From a virus (Duplodnaviria; Caudoviricetes): a DNA stretch of 38,569 nt. Of the stretch, positions 8,335 through 18,112 are shown one piece after another. The stretch spans positions 1-38,569 of IMG/VR virus record IMGVR_UViG_3300019872_000007; one strand, 5' to 3'. The position numbers and the translations under genes are program-made. The notes under the pieces were generated by a model, which saw only the letters and a program-made list of their open reading frames with translations, was not told the DNA's origin and did not search any database. Within the stretch, counting starts at the first letter, position 1. Each line of letters starts with the position of its first letter.

Positions 8335-8889
8335 TCAAGCCTGTGCCTCTGTTGCGGTTACATAGTCAATAATGGCAGTCCAATTTATCGTAAAAGCTGC
8401 CACCCCAGTCACCTGAATTAAGACATTTGTCCCTGAAATTGTAAATGTAGCTGACCATGAAGATAAAGCGGCATCGTTATTTCGAGTCACCTCCACATCC
8501 TGGATCACTGTGAGCGATCCGGCAACATTTCTTACAGCTCCAATCAATTCAGCCCCTATAGCGACGCCTGAAGCTTTTGCATAACCTGCAATATTTGCTC
8601 TAATATTCACTACAGAATTGCTAGTCGGCACAGGAACCACAGAGGTAAAAGTCGAGGAACCTGCATCTACTGTTTGCGCCGTTCCTGAAAGAAAAGTGTC
8701 TGTGAGAGTAATCAAAAGTGTATTGCTAGATCCAGGCGCTGAAGTGATAATGCCTTGTGTGCCTCCCCCAGGCGTGATAACATTTAATATGTTCCCTGCC
8801 GGTGTAGCAGTTCCATTATCTGTTATAAAAGATGTGGGAACGGATGGAGGCAATCCACCAGCTGTAACAGCTTGAAAAAACTGACTCAT
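8335..8889 (-). CDS. Putative tail/fibre protein
   Basis: 184 aa, T/G/S-rich, tightly coupled to its neighbours. Confidence 0.7.
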   Translation of the reverse strand: MSQFFQAVTAGGLPPSVPTSFITDNGTATPAGNILNVITPGGGTQGIITSAPGSSNTLLITLTDTFLSGTAQTVDAGSSTFTSVVPVPTSNSVVNIRANIAGYAKASGVAIGAELIGAVRNVAGSLTVIQDVEVTRNNDAALSSWSATFTISGTNVLIQVTGVAAFTINWTAIIDYVTATEAQA

Positions 8890-9230
8890 CTATAGCCTAT
8901 AATTTGTAAAAAATTTGCATTGGCAGCCGTTTTTCCATACAAAATTTGTCCTTTTCTGACTATTAGTGTTCCTGTGCCATATGAACCACCATCATAATGA
9001 TTCGTTTGGAAATCTACGATCAAAGTGCCTAAAGGAGGTATGAAATCATGGTCATTAACTCCATCAAGACTTATGTCAATCGATACAGTTGTTGAACCAT
9101 TATATAGTTTCAAAATCTTTGCTGAATCTGAAAAACCCGCACCATTTAAAGCCTGATAAGTGCCTGTAAGTGTGGCTGGGTCAAAACTCGCTTTTGTAAC
9201 ACATTGGACATATGATAATTCATCCGACAT
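8886..9230 (-). CDS. Putative virion protein
   Basis: 114 aa beta-rich; GAGGTG RBS; ATGA overlap. Confidence 0.7.
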   Translation of the reverse strand: MSDELSYVQCVTKASFDPATLTGTYQALNGAGFSDSAKILKLYNGSTTVSIDISLDGVNDHDFIPPLGTLIVDFQTNHYDGGSYGTGTLIVRKGQILYGKTAANANFLQIIGYR

Positions 9231-9231
9231 T

Positions 9232-9471
9232 TCACACCTCTGTTATTGTCTCTTCAGGAGCACAGCTTTCTTGTGCAAGATCTTGATGGGCTTTTGCTTC
9301 AAATTCTTTTGCAGCCATTTGAGCCTTTACATTATCTTCAACAGATCCAATATATTTTTGGAACTGAAAAAGAGCTTCCTTGATATGCTCAATGGGAGAA
9401 TCATTTTCACAAGTCAGATGATAAGCCTTTTCTGCGATAATAATTTCTAGTCTTGCGATATTTTTTAGCAT
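9232..9471 (-). CDS. Hypothetical protein (possible fibre chaperone)
   Basis: 79 aa; GAGGA RBS. Confidence 0.7.
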   Translation of the reverse strand: MLKNIARLEIIIAEKAYHLTCENDSPIEHIKEALFQFQKYIGSVEDNVKAQMAAKEFEAKAHQDLAQESCAPEETITEV

Positions 9472-9484
9472 TTTGAATCCTCAT

Positions 9485-9521
9485 TATGGGTTTCCACACT
9501 TTTACATGGTGGAAACCCATA
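9485..9521. repeat. Perfect 13-bp inverted repeat
   Basis: TATGGGTTTCCAC-N11-GTGGAAACCCATA, intergenic. Confidence 0.85.
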
Positions 9522-9532
9522 TTTCAAGCAAA

Positions 9533-11449
9533 TTATACAGGCCTGACAATGATATATGCGTAAGAAGAAACGTCACCCACTAGGATGGTTGCTGTCGTAA
9601 CTCCTAATGATGTCACGGTGAAACTAGTCGCGTTGATTATACTATAAACAAGTTCTCCTAATGCAGTGCTTGCATTAACTGCTGTGCGAGTTAAGAAAAT
9701 CATGTCATTAGTGGCAATGTTTGTATTAGCAATTGTCTGAGTACCAGCTGTTAAAACGCCTGTTCCTCTAAAATCAGTCACAGCGCCACCCTTCCATTGA
9801 AGCATTTTAGCTGCGCCATTAATGATGATATTGCCTAATGTCACCGTGAAATTTCCTGCTGGAATTAAAGTGTTTCCCGTTGAATTACCAATATTCACCG
9901 CTCCTGTGCCCGAAACCCCTATATTTGTAGTCGCTGCACCAGAATTGTTAATATTTGCAGCGCCTACTTGTGTTAAGGCTGCAAGAGTCGTTAAACCAGT
10001 CACCCCTAATGTGGTGGAAATTGTCAGCGCTCCAGTCAATATTGTGTTACCTGTTGCGTTCCCTAGGGCCAACGTTCCAGTTCCACCTGTAGCTATTGTC
10101 GTAGCTGCTGCTCCAGAAGCATTAATCTGTGTAATCCCTACTTGTGTTAAGGCTGCCAATGTTGTTAATCCTGTCACTCCTAATGTGGTGCTAATAGTTA
10201 ATGCCCCTGTTAATGCAGTGTTCCCGGTTGCATTTCCAAGATTAAGCGCCCCTGTTCCACCAGTAGCAATACTTGTTGTAGCTGCGCCAGATGCATTAAT
10301 CTGTGTAATTCCTACTTGTGTTAAAGCGGCTAAAGTTGTTAATCCTGTCACTCCTAATGTGGTGGAAATTGTCAGCGCTCCAGTCAATATTGTGTTACCT
10401 GTTGCATTTCCCAAGGCTAACGTTCCTGTGCCTCCCGTAGCTATTGTCGTGGCTGCGGCTCCAGACGCATTAATCTGTGTAATTCCTGCTTGTGTTAAGG
10501 CTGCCAATGTTGTTAATCCTGTCACTCCTAATGTTGTAGAGAATGTACCCGAACTAAATGTTGATGCTCCTGTTACACCTAAAGTAGTACTGAATGTTCC
10601 CGAACTAAATGTTGATGCTCCTGTTACGCCTAAAGTTGTGCTGAAAGTTCCCGAGGTTGCACTTAAAACCCCAATAGTTGAAGTTCCCGTAACGCCTAGA
10701 GTGCCGCTAAATGTTCCATTGGTGGCATTAACCGCCGCCAAAGTGGTTGTGCCTGTAACCGCTAATGTAGTACTAAACGTTCCAGAAGTTGCACTTAATG
10801 CGCCAATTGTGGATGCACCCGTAACGCCTAGAGTGCCGCTAAATGTTCCATTGGTGGCAACCAGAGCGGCGATTGTCGTAGTCCCTGTAACTCCTAAAGT
10901 TCCACCAACTGTAGCATTACTTGAAGCTGCAAGAGTTGTGAAAGCTCCCGTAGAGGCAGAAACACTGCCAATTGGGCCGGGAGAAGCATGCATTGTAGCA
11001 ATAGACGACACTGGAACCACTGTATTAGGGCCTAATGTACCCGCATAAGTGGGCACTACCATTAAATTAGACGCTAGATATACGAATCCTTGTTGCGCCA
11101 CTGTTGCAGGAACTCCAGCCCCAACGACAACGGCGGCTAATGCTGCCGCGACATCATTTGCTGATGAAACATAACTGGCGCTAGGAGCCCCACCCGATGA
11201 AGTTTGTGAAGTTGTAGCTAAAAAAACACTACCTAACAATGTATTTGTAGCAGGAGGGCCACCACCAGTTTCCCAATTTCCTGCACCCGTAGTTTCATAG
11301 ATTACTCCAGGATTTACACTACCATCAAGCCAGCGAGTGCCAGGATTTTCAATATCTCCTGCCATTGGCGGTCTATTAGCTGTAATAAATCTAGGATATA
11401 CAAAATTATCTGTATCACCATCATCGAAAGGGAATCCACCGAATGGCAT
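9533..11449 (-). CDS. Long repeat-rich fibre protein (start revised to ATG 11449)
   Basis: AAGGAG RBS before MPFGGFPF; TTLGVTG repeats of 17-22 aa and 58 aa. Confidence 0.85.
   Translation of the reverse strand: MPFGGFPFDDGDTDNFVYPRFITANRPPMAGDIENPGTRWLDGSVNPGVIYETTGAGNWETGGGPPATNTLLGSVFLATTSQTSSGGAPSASYVSSANDVAAALAAVVVGAGVPATVAQQGFVYLASNLMVVPTYAGTLGPNTVVPVSSIATMHASPGPIGSVSASTGAFTTLAASSNATVGGTLGVTGTTTIAALVATNGTFSGTLGVTGASTIGALSATSGTFSTTLAVTGTTTLAAVNATNGTFSGTLGVTGTSTIGVLSATSGTFSTTLGVTGASTFSSGTFSTTLGVTGASTFSSGTFSTTLGVTGLTTLAALTQAGITQINASGAAATTIATGGTGTLALGNATGNTILTGALTISTTLGVTGLTTLAALTQVGITQINASGAATTSIATGGTGALNLGNATGNTALTGALTISTTLGVTGLTTLAALTQVGITQINASGAAATTIATGGTGTLALGNATGNTILTGALTISTTLGVTGLTTLAALTQVGAANINNSGAATTNIGVSGTGAVNIGNSTGNTLIPAGNFTVTLGNIIINGAAKMLQWKGGAVTDFRGTGVLTAGTQTIANTNIATNDMIFLTRTAVNASTALGELVYSIINATSFTVTSLGVTTATILVGDVSSYAYIIVRPV
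9930..10900 (-). repeat. Intragenic tandem repeats (174-bp x about 3.5; 51-bp x2; 66-bp degenerate)
   Basis: CCTAATGTGGTGGAAATTGTCAGCGC at 10005 and 10353 (2x174 apart); CCGAACTAAATGTTGATGCTCCTGTTAC at 10549 and 10600. Confidence 0.85.
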
Positions 11450-11463
11450 AAATACGCTCCTTG

Positions 11464-12159
11464 TTAATTCAATTTTTGGTAGGGGTATCCCCCTTGTTTG
11501 ATCAAAGCGCTGAAGGCTGCGCCTAAAGATGGATTTTTTCCAACCCACCATTGACCATGTTCATTTTTGCCTTCTGTTTTTGCTGGAACCGCGCCATTAG
11601 CAAAAATTTGATATATTTGTTTTGGTACTCCTTGATATCCGTATATGGCTCCGGACTGGAACCGGACTTTGAGCGCTCCACTTTTCGGATCATACTGGAA
11701 TCCATAAATGTTACTTGAGTCTAAAGGCGCTCTATCTATGCTATCAGCGGAGCCTCGCTCACCTTGCGGCATTTGTTGTTCTAGCCTTGCCAATACACTC
11801 GCTAAAGCCTGCGGATTATTAGCTAAGGCATTCAATGCAGCATCAGGAAAAGTCCTGGCATAGTTTATAAATGCATCGGCTTGCCCACCTGACAATATCC
11901 AAAGCAGATCAGCCCCTTGAGGCATTGGAGCATTTATAGGGCCTTGGGCCTCCGGCGATCCTAGCTCTTCAGATGGTTGTGACTCTCCAATTTGGCTACT
12001 TATCTGATCAATTTCATCTGTTAATTGGCTTAATTCCTGTGCTATCTGCCCTTGAAATTCATCACTTAATACTTCGCCAGATTGCAAAACTTCCTGAATT
12101 CCTGCTAAAAGTTCACTCAATAATTTCTCAAGTTCTTCTCTTCGGGCAAATAAATTCAC
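11464..12159 (-). CDS. KTSC-domain protein
   Basis: C-terminal SSNIYGFQYDPKSGALKVRFQSGAIYGYQGVP...SLG. Confidence 0.8.
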   Translation of the reverse strand: MNLFARREELEKLLSELLAGIQEVLQSGEVLSDEFQGQIAQELSQLTDEIDQISSQIGESQPSEELGSPEAQGPINAPMPQGADLLWILSGGQADAFINYARTFPDAALNALANNPQALASVLARLEQQMPQGERGSADSIDRAPLDSSNIYGFQYDPKSGALKVRFQSGAIYGYQGVPKQIYQIFANGAVPAKTEGKNEHGQWWVGKNPSLGAAFSALIKQGGYPYQKLN

Positions 12160-12755
12160 TGCTGGCCTCTAGATTGCTGAATCTTTTGCAATATAGCCAT
12201 TAAAGCTTGTTGACCTTGTCCGCCTTTCTGCTGTTGATTCGCCGGTTCTTGACCTTCAACGCCGAAATCCGTCTCCAATATTGAAGAAAAAGGAATCTTG
12301 TGATCTTTGCTCATTTTCGAGATAATATCGTTGAATTTTCCTTGAGCTTGCGCTACAGCTCCCGCTTGTATTGGACTCCGGCCTTTTTGAATTTCTTGCA
12401 TTATAAATTGTTTTAACTCGGGAGAATATTGTTCTATGATGCCACGGGACTCTTTTGGATTTTCTTGGGATTCCTCTGAGCCTTGAATCTTTTCTTTTAT
12501 AAAGTCTTTAACTTCTTGGAAACTTTTACCTTCAGATAATGATTTCGATATAAATTGACCGAATCTAGGGTCAACTTTAGATAATCCTTTTATTGCTAAC
12601 TCTTCTGGAATATACTGGCTAAGAAAAGGGATTACACGACTAGCAATACCCGCTCCTACGCCAGGAAGTGCTAATGAAGCTGCAGCAGCAGCAAATTTTA
12701 AGGGTCTTTCAGTTTGCTTTTGAACTTCTTGAGAAGCTTCTCTATAAGGAATCAT
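12156..12755 (-). CDS. Putative internal virion/ejection protein
   Basis: Helical, Q-rich; position after the tail genes. Confidence 0.55.
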   Translation of the reverse strand: MIPYREASQEVQKQTERPLKFAAAAASLALPGVGAGIASRVIPFLSQYIPEELAIKGLSKVDPRFGQFISKSLSEGKSFQEVKDFIKEKIQGSEESQENPKESRGIIEQYSPELKQFIMQEIQKGRSPIQAGAVAQAQGKFNDIISKMSKDHKIPFSSILETDFGVEGQEPANQQQKGGQGQQALMAILQKIQQSRGQQ

Positions 12756-12764
12756 GTTTATCCT

Positions 12765-14051
12765 TTATTCTAATCCAGAAAATGAAGAAAGCCACCAATC
12801 ATTAAAAGTGCCTGTAAGAGGATTGGGAGTATCAATTTGCCTACCTTGATCCTCTGTAAGCTTTAATCTATTCCTATTATCCGTTAAATATTGCAAGAAT
12901 GCTTGGGAATCATAATTTTTCTTTTCCAATTCATATGCAATTGCGAGAGGACTTGCCCCCTTTTTTATATATTCAACTAATTGCGGTGCTATTTTTAATG
13001 TTTTTTTGGTGGCTTCTGGAGAAAGATTTGTTCCTGTTAAAGTTTCTATTGTCTGCAAATCTGCAAAACCTTTCAAAGTCTGTCCCAATCCTGGTATTTT
13101 TGAAACAGGCTCAGCAATAGCATAGGAAAATTTAGGAGATAGTTTATTTACTGACTGTAATCTTTTAGCAAAATTTTCGGTATCGCCTCTTTTTGCAAAC
13201 CCTTCTTGTAGGCTCTTTAGGCTCCTTAAGGTTTCGTTTGCGGGTCTAGAAGCAATTCCCCAATTTCCTACGGTATTCATAGTTTCATAATCTCTCGAAG
13301 CATTATCCAATTCTTTCCCATATGTTTTCATAGCCTGTTGTTCTGTAAGCCCTTCCCCACCTTCACCCTTTGGTTTTGTTGCTTGTATTGCCTTATCTTC
13401 AATTATACTATACGCATCAGGGGGGATTTTTACGCCAAGAGCTCCAGCATGCTTGGAAAGCCTTTCAATAACATTATCTTGAAGATGTGTCAAATTAGCA
13501 TGTTTGTTAAGTTGTGCTTTATCTATTTTTTCTAATTGATTAAAATGTTGTTCAGATGCTTCGCGCGCTTTGTCTGGATCATTCCCGAATCTTTGTGGAG
13601 ATTTTTCAAATAAATCTGCAGCAAATGCTTCTTTTTCTTCAAGAGTTGGAGGAATATACCCTTTTTGAATTTCTTCAAGAGGTTTAGCCTGTGTGATAGA
13701 AGGCACTTTGTTTTCTTGTCCAGGTATAGCTTGTGATTTATTTACGAATCCCGGACCAATTTTTTCTTGGCCTTTACCTGCCTGAATTAAAGCTTGTCCT
13801 CTTGCTTGCTGTTTTCCAAGTTCACCAAAAGACTGAATCATCTGCGGAGTAATTCCAGGAATTGCTGAAAGCCTTGCAAGCTGCTGCATAAGAGAAAGAT
13901 TAGCGCTTTCTTTCTCAAATTGCTGCAATCCAGAAGCAAGTCTATTTCGTTCAATTTCTTTAGGCACTTGCTCAGCCAATCCTTGACCAATTCCAGAGCC
14001 TATCCTGCCGAAAATATTTCCTTGCTGAACTTTATAGCTAGAACTTGCCAT
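12765..14051 (-). CDS. Putative DNA ejection protein
   Basis: GRIGSGIGQGL N-terminus, helical; synteny with podovirus ejection genes. Confidence 0.55.
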   Translation of the reverse strand: MASSSYKVQQGNIFGRIGSGIGQGLAEQVPKEIERNRLASGLQQFEKESANLSLMQQLARLSAIPGITPQMIQSFGELGKQQARGQALIQAGKGQEKIGPGFVNKSQAIPGQENKVPSITQAKPLEEIQKGYIPPTLEEKEAFAADLFEKSPQRFGNDPDKAREASEQHFNQLEKIDKAQLNKHANLTHLQDNVIERLSKHAGALGVKIPPDAYSIIEDKAIQATKPKGEGGEGLTEQQAMKTYGKELDNASRDYETMNTVGNWGIASRPANETLRSLKSLQEGFAKRGDTENFAKRLQSVNKLSPKFSYAIAEPVSKIPGLGQTLKGFADLQTIETLTGTNLSPEATKKTLKIAPQLVEYIKKGASPLAIAYELEKKNYDSQAFLQYLTDNRNRLKLTEDQGRQIDTPNPLTGTFNDWWLSSFSGLE

Positions 14052-14719
14052 TAGAATCCTCTATTTGGTAGCTGAAAGTTTTGCTGAGGCATTTGCTGAG
14101 CTGATGGGTTACTACCATAAGGCGATGAGTTCTTGCCCACTTGTGAACCGCCAAGAGAGTTTCCTAATTGATAGCCCATCATCGCACCTGATGGGCCTCC
14201 TAAAAAAGCCCCAGCGGCAGCCCCAGCTAATGGTGATATCTGTGATAAAAACCCTTGGGTGCCTGGTTGTGTCGTCACATCTTGACTGTAATTCTGTAAG
14301 CCCATTCCACCTAGATTAGCAAGTCCGGCGGCCCCTTGTTGTCTAAGTTGCGCTCTAATGGCGCCCAATCTTTCGGAAAGATCCGTGCCCGCATTTACAG
14401 CCGCATTCCTAAATCCGCTTGAGCTTAAGCCCCCGGCCCCCATACCTGCAAATTGCTCTGAAAGACCCGGTATAATATCTTCATTGAACCGCCTTTGTTC
14501 GGGGGCAAACATAGATTGAGCTGTCTGACTATCATCACTGAGCAGGTCTCTATAATAGTCCGCAGCTGCGCCAAATGATCCACCAGCTCCTTGCTGCATA
14601 TTTGCATTCTGTAACTGCTGATAAAGAGGTTCTTGCTCGGGCCTGAGGGTTGAAACCCTTTTATGTTTCTCTGGGGTTCCGGTAAGGAACCTTCCAATCG
14701 ATTTAAAAAAACCTGGCAT
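14051..14719 (-). CDS. Putative DNA ejection/pilot protein
   Basis: G/A/Q-rich; GGLSSSG motif and hydrophobic GAAAGAFLGGPSGA. Confidence 0.6.
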   Translation of the reverse strand: MPGFFKSIGRFLTGTPEKHKRVSTLRPEQEPLYQQLQNANMQQGAGGSFGAAADYYRDLLSDDSQTAQSMFAPEQRRFNEDIIPGLSEQFAGMGAGGLSSSGFRNAAVNAGTDLSERLGAIRAQLRQQGAAGLANLGGMGLQNYSQDVTTQPGTQGFLSQISPLAGAAAGAFLGGPSGAMMGYQLGNSLGGSQVGKNSSPYGSNPSAQQMPQQNFQLPNRGF

Positions 14720-14720
14720 A

Positions 14721-15197
14721 TTATAGTTCCTGTATGTATTCTACGAAGGCAAAAGCTCTATCAAATGCCTGCGGAGAGTTTATCACTAAATTTGTTGCGT
14801 CCATGACTACATTATTACCACTAATATCCCTAGCTGTCAAAGTTACGGAATTAGTGCCAGCAACCCATAAATCAATAAGAGTAAAATTAGAATCAAAAAG
14901 AATCCCATGTGGTTTACCTCCATTTGCTCCCGAAACTAGAGGACTAACATCGATCACTTTTCTTAAGACCTGCCTAAATTCTCCTGGGTTATTCCCTGGA
15001 ATCGTCGCACCAGGGATAAACGCCTGACCCGAAAGTAATTCCTCATCAAGAAGAAACCCAATGGTTCTTGCGTTGACAACATTCGAAACTTTCTTCAGCA
15101 CTTCCACTAGAAAAGGCTTTGCTTGCTCCCACTCTTCCGGTACAGCGTCATAAACAGGAAGGTAAGCGTCAAAAAATGTTGAATCATTTGAGTTCAT
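14721..15197 (-). CDS. Putative tail protein
   Basis: 158 aa; TAATG coupling; ends VEYIQE. Confidence 0.65.
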   Translation of the reverse strand: MNSNDSTFFDAYLPVYDAVPEEWEQAKPFLVEVLKKVSNVVNARTIGFLLDEELLSGQAFIPGATIPGNNPGEFRQVLRKVIDVSPLVSGANGGKPHGILFDSNFTLIDLWVAGTNSVTLTARDISGNNVVMDATNLVINSPQAFDRAFAFVEYIQEL

Positions 15198-15820
15198 TAG
15201 TTACCTATTGCCATCCAATAAAAACCTTTATAGTCCGTAGAATTAGTATAAAATTGCCAATCAAATATTGTCTCTGAAAGAGTACTATTTCTTACTTGTA
15301 TACTTGCTTGGCTGTTGGGATTAGCTGCGTTAATAAAAGGGGTTGTCTGCACAATAAAACATGCATTTGGAAAAGGGATACTATTACCGGGCGATCTTGA
15401 CTTAAAAGTAACCGTTCCTGATGTACTGCCTGCCGCAAAATTTTGAGTAACTCTTCCCCATTGCAATAATACGCCACCTATCCATTGATATCCTTCTTTT
15501 GCGGCACTATTACCTGTAAGTTGTGAAATTCCACCCGCAGCAGTTCTTGCAAATAGCTGTATATCGGGTCCAGATGCTGGGGCAGTATCGGGGGTATATG
15601 ACTTTGCATATACGATATTTGTTCCTGCAACTGCTGTGGGATTTGAAGTCCCTTGTGAAATTAAATGAACTGGCTTATGGAAGCCTATATTTGTCACCCC
15701 AGTAAAAGGAGTATGATCGATCCCAAAAGATGTATTTGCAGCAGAAAAGTTATTCTTAATTTGTGGCTGACTGTCACTCAAGAAATCTGTAGGGTTAGGA
15801 ATATTTGGATTGTAGGTCAT
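15197..15820 (-). CDS. Tail fibre-like protein with gp53-like C-terminal domain
   Basis: GGVLLQWG...VTF...PFPNAC...YWMAIG motif. Confidence 0.75.
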   Translation of the reverse strand: MTYNPNIPNPTDFLSDSQPQIKNNFSAANTSFGIDHTPFTGVTNIGFHKPVHLISQGTSNPTAVAGTNIVYAKSYTPDTAPASGPDIQLFARTAAGGISQLTGNSAAKEGYQWIGGVLLQWGRVTQNFAAGSTSGTVTFKSRSPGNSIPFPNACFIVQTTPFINAANPNSQASIQVRNSTLSETIFDWQFYTNSTDYKGFYWMAIGN

Positions 15821-18112
15821 TTATGCTCCAGCAGGTAATTGTTTTCCAGCTCTTCTTATATAAAGTATTTGTGCATCAATTTGAACATCACACCCTTGCT
15901 CTGGGCCGACTAATTGTGCATTGGATAATGTCCATTCTATTGTAATGAATTGTCCACGCACTGGACAAACAACCCTTTGCCATGCCTTTGAAGATTCAAG
16001 AGTTCCCAATTGAAATGTAGGAACGATAGAATTGAAAAAAGTGTCGGGCGTTTGGTTTAGAGCATCAGGAAGTTGATTCTGTGGAATTTGATTTATCGGC
16101 TCACTATCATTATAATTCAGATAAACATTACATGTTATAAATCCTTCAGCAGGATCATTACTTGTTGTATCCATTAACACATCTAAATATCCCATTTGGA
16201 TATTTTGACCTTCCTCTGCAAAATTAAACTTCTTACTGACTATGCTAAATCCATCGCGTATCGCTATTCGACCAGCACTGAAATATATTCCATCTGTAAT
16301 TACTACAGGGATATCGAATTTTCCAGTATCGGGATTATAAGTAAAAATCTGAAATATATCCTTGTCTAGGATAACAACCCCATAAATACCATTATCTAAT
16401 GCGAAAAATGGATCGGTAGCGGCTATATCAAATATTTGTATTACGTCATTTGTAAGTAAGTTATGATCATAACTTGTAACTACAACCGTATCTAAACTTC
16501 CTTGAATTCCTGTGATTGCTAGACTTACATCGTTCCCCGTTTGTACATCGAGATACTCAACAAAACCTTGCTGATTCCCTCCAATAATATCAGGTTGTAA
16601 AGCTTGTCGTTGTACCCATGTAAAGTTTAAATTTTTCCATTGATTTGACACTGATGGGCGTGGAAAATCTATCCATCGCGCCCCAAGTTGCGGTTGAAAA
16701 GTCCCAAGAGTTGTCAAGGAATCGGTAAAAATAGCCCAACTATCATTTTCATAATTATAAACTAGTCTCCGATTTGGAAACGTGATAGCATATGGCGCTT
16801 CATCGGGAAGAAAAGGGTAAGTCCAGTAGGCTAATTTCTCTATGAAATCTCTTACCCCATGAACTCTTTTAGGCCCTTCTTGAAGATTATTAAATTCAAA
16901 TATTAAATTAGGTATTTTTATATCAATACGTTCACTTTTGAAGCTGTCACATTCAACAATCCCCTTGTCACCTACACCTACAAGAGATGTATCAAACTGA
17001 ACACTGCTAAAGGTGCTCTCTGACCCGAGTTCACTATTGACGCGCTCAATCTGAAAAGGAGCAATTGATCTTCCAGTATATCGAAGTTGCCAAGTAGAAT
17101 GCTCGCAAAAGACTACCAAATTATCACGCACGAATCCAAAGGAAACAATATTTTCAGAGGTTGGGATATCTAGAAACCCTCCCTGACCGCGAATGTCATC
17201 TCTCCAGGCATTTACATTAACCGTAGTCACAATCGCACTCACATCACTAAATGGAGTTCCAATTGCCGCCCACCGAATTCTTTGAGGGTGAGGATTGTCC
17301 GTTTCTATGGTATTCCCCACTACCATTCTGCCTCTAAATGTAACCATAACCAAGGCATTAATTAAACGATCTCCAGCGGCATTGATTATTGGTGAAAAAT
17401 CGATCCACGCGCTTAATGTCGTATTGGTATATCTAATCGGATCAACAAAATTTGTTTCCCAAAATATCTTTAGAGCTCCGTCACCTACCCAGTAATTTGT
17501 TGTCCAAAAGAAATCCGAATCCGATCCCGTCCATATAGTTCCTGGAATCAACTCTTGCCATCCAGTTCCTTGAAATCGGTAAGCGTAGACTGTGTCAAAA
17601 GCCACTGTTCTTTCAGCGTTAATCCCATTTAATTCTTGCTGGGTTAGGCCCATGACAGGCAACCCGGGAAAATAATTGAAACTTATTGTGGCAGCACCCG
17701 CTCCCGCAGGCTTTGTGATGCTAATTGCGCCTGTCTGGTAATTAATTGTACCACTCCATCCAGCGTTAGGAATAAAAGTCCCATCACCAGCATCTCGAAG
17801 AATAATACCTCTAGTGATAACAACTGATCCAGCCTCAATCTCTGCGTGAGCTTCAGGAGTAATTGGAGGAACAAGAGTTGACCAAATTGTAAAGTTCCAC
17901 GTAGTTCCCGCTGGAGCATTGCCCAATGAAAGAGCTGTTAAAACTCTTCTCAATCGACCTAAAAGCTTATATCCTTGCTTTCTTTTTATTCTTTCTCGCC
18001 ATATAAAGGCATTTTCCAAAACTGGGTAGGCGTCATTAGGCAAGATAAAATTTTGCCTTGATTGCACAAGCCCCGTTTCCATGCCTGCAATGTATAGGGG
18101 AGAATAGCTCAA
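15821..18112 (-). CDS. Tail nozzle/hub protein (P22 gp10 / T7 gp12 analogue); TTG start 18112
   Basis: GGAGGT RBS 8 nt upstream of TTG, overlapping the upstream stop; beta-propeller-like (RIRW, LVVF, LVYNY...SW); size and synteny. Confidence 0.65.
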   Translation of the reverse strand: MSYSPLYIAGMETGLVQSRQNFILPNDAYPVLENAFIWRERIKRKQGYKLLGRLRRVLTALSLGNAPAGTTWNFTIWSTLVPPITPEAHAEIEAGSVVITRGIILRDAGDGTFIPNAGWSGTINYQTGAISITKPAGAGAATISFNYFPGLPVMGLTQQELNGINAERTVAFDTVYAYRFQGTGWQELIPGTIWTGSDSDFFWTTNYWVGDGALKIFWETNFVDPIRYTNTTLSAWIDFSPIINAAGDRLINALVMVTFRGRMVVGNTIETDNPHPQRIRWAAIGTPFSDVSAIVTTVNVNAWRDDIRGQGGFLDIPTSENIVSFGFVRDNLVVFCEHSTWQLRYTGRSIAPFQIERVNSELGSESTFSSVQFDTSLVGVGDKGIVECDSFKSERIDIKIPNLIFEFNNLQEGPKRVHGVRDFIEKLAYWTYPFLPDEAPYAITFPNRRLVYNYENDSWAIFTDSLTTLGTFQPQLGARWIDFPRPSVSNQWKNLNFTWVQRQALQPDIIGGNQQGFVEYLDVQTGNDVSLAITGIQGSLDTVVVTSYDHNLLTNDVIQIFDIAATDPFFALDNGIYGVVILDKDIFQIFTYNPDTGKFDIPVVITDGIYFSAGRIAIRDGFSIVSKKFNFAEEGQNIQMGYLDVLMDTTSNDPAEGFITCNVYLNYNDSEPINQIPQNQLPDALNQTPDTFFNSIVPTFQLGTLESSKAWQRVVCPVRGQFITIEWTLSNAQLVGPEQGCDVQIDAQILYIRRAGKQLPAGA

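Noticed and set aside
4576-8875. Many 60-120 aa plus-strand ORFs over the fibre genes
   Set aside because: Antisense shadows with no RBS or promoter support
9822-11048. 408-aa plus-strand ORF
   Set aside because: Antisense shadow of the T/G/A-rich repetitive fibre gene; V/P/A composition is the expected mirror
4248-11449. Diversity-generating retroelement acting on the fibres
   Set aside because: No reverse transcriptase and no adenine-specific TR/VR pair seen
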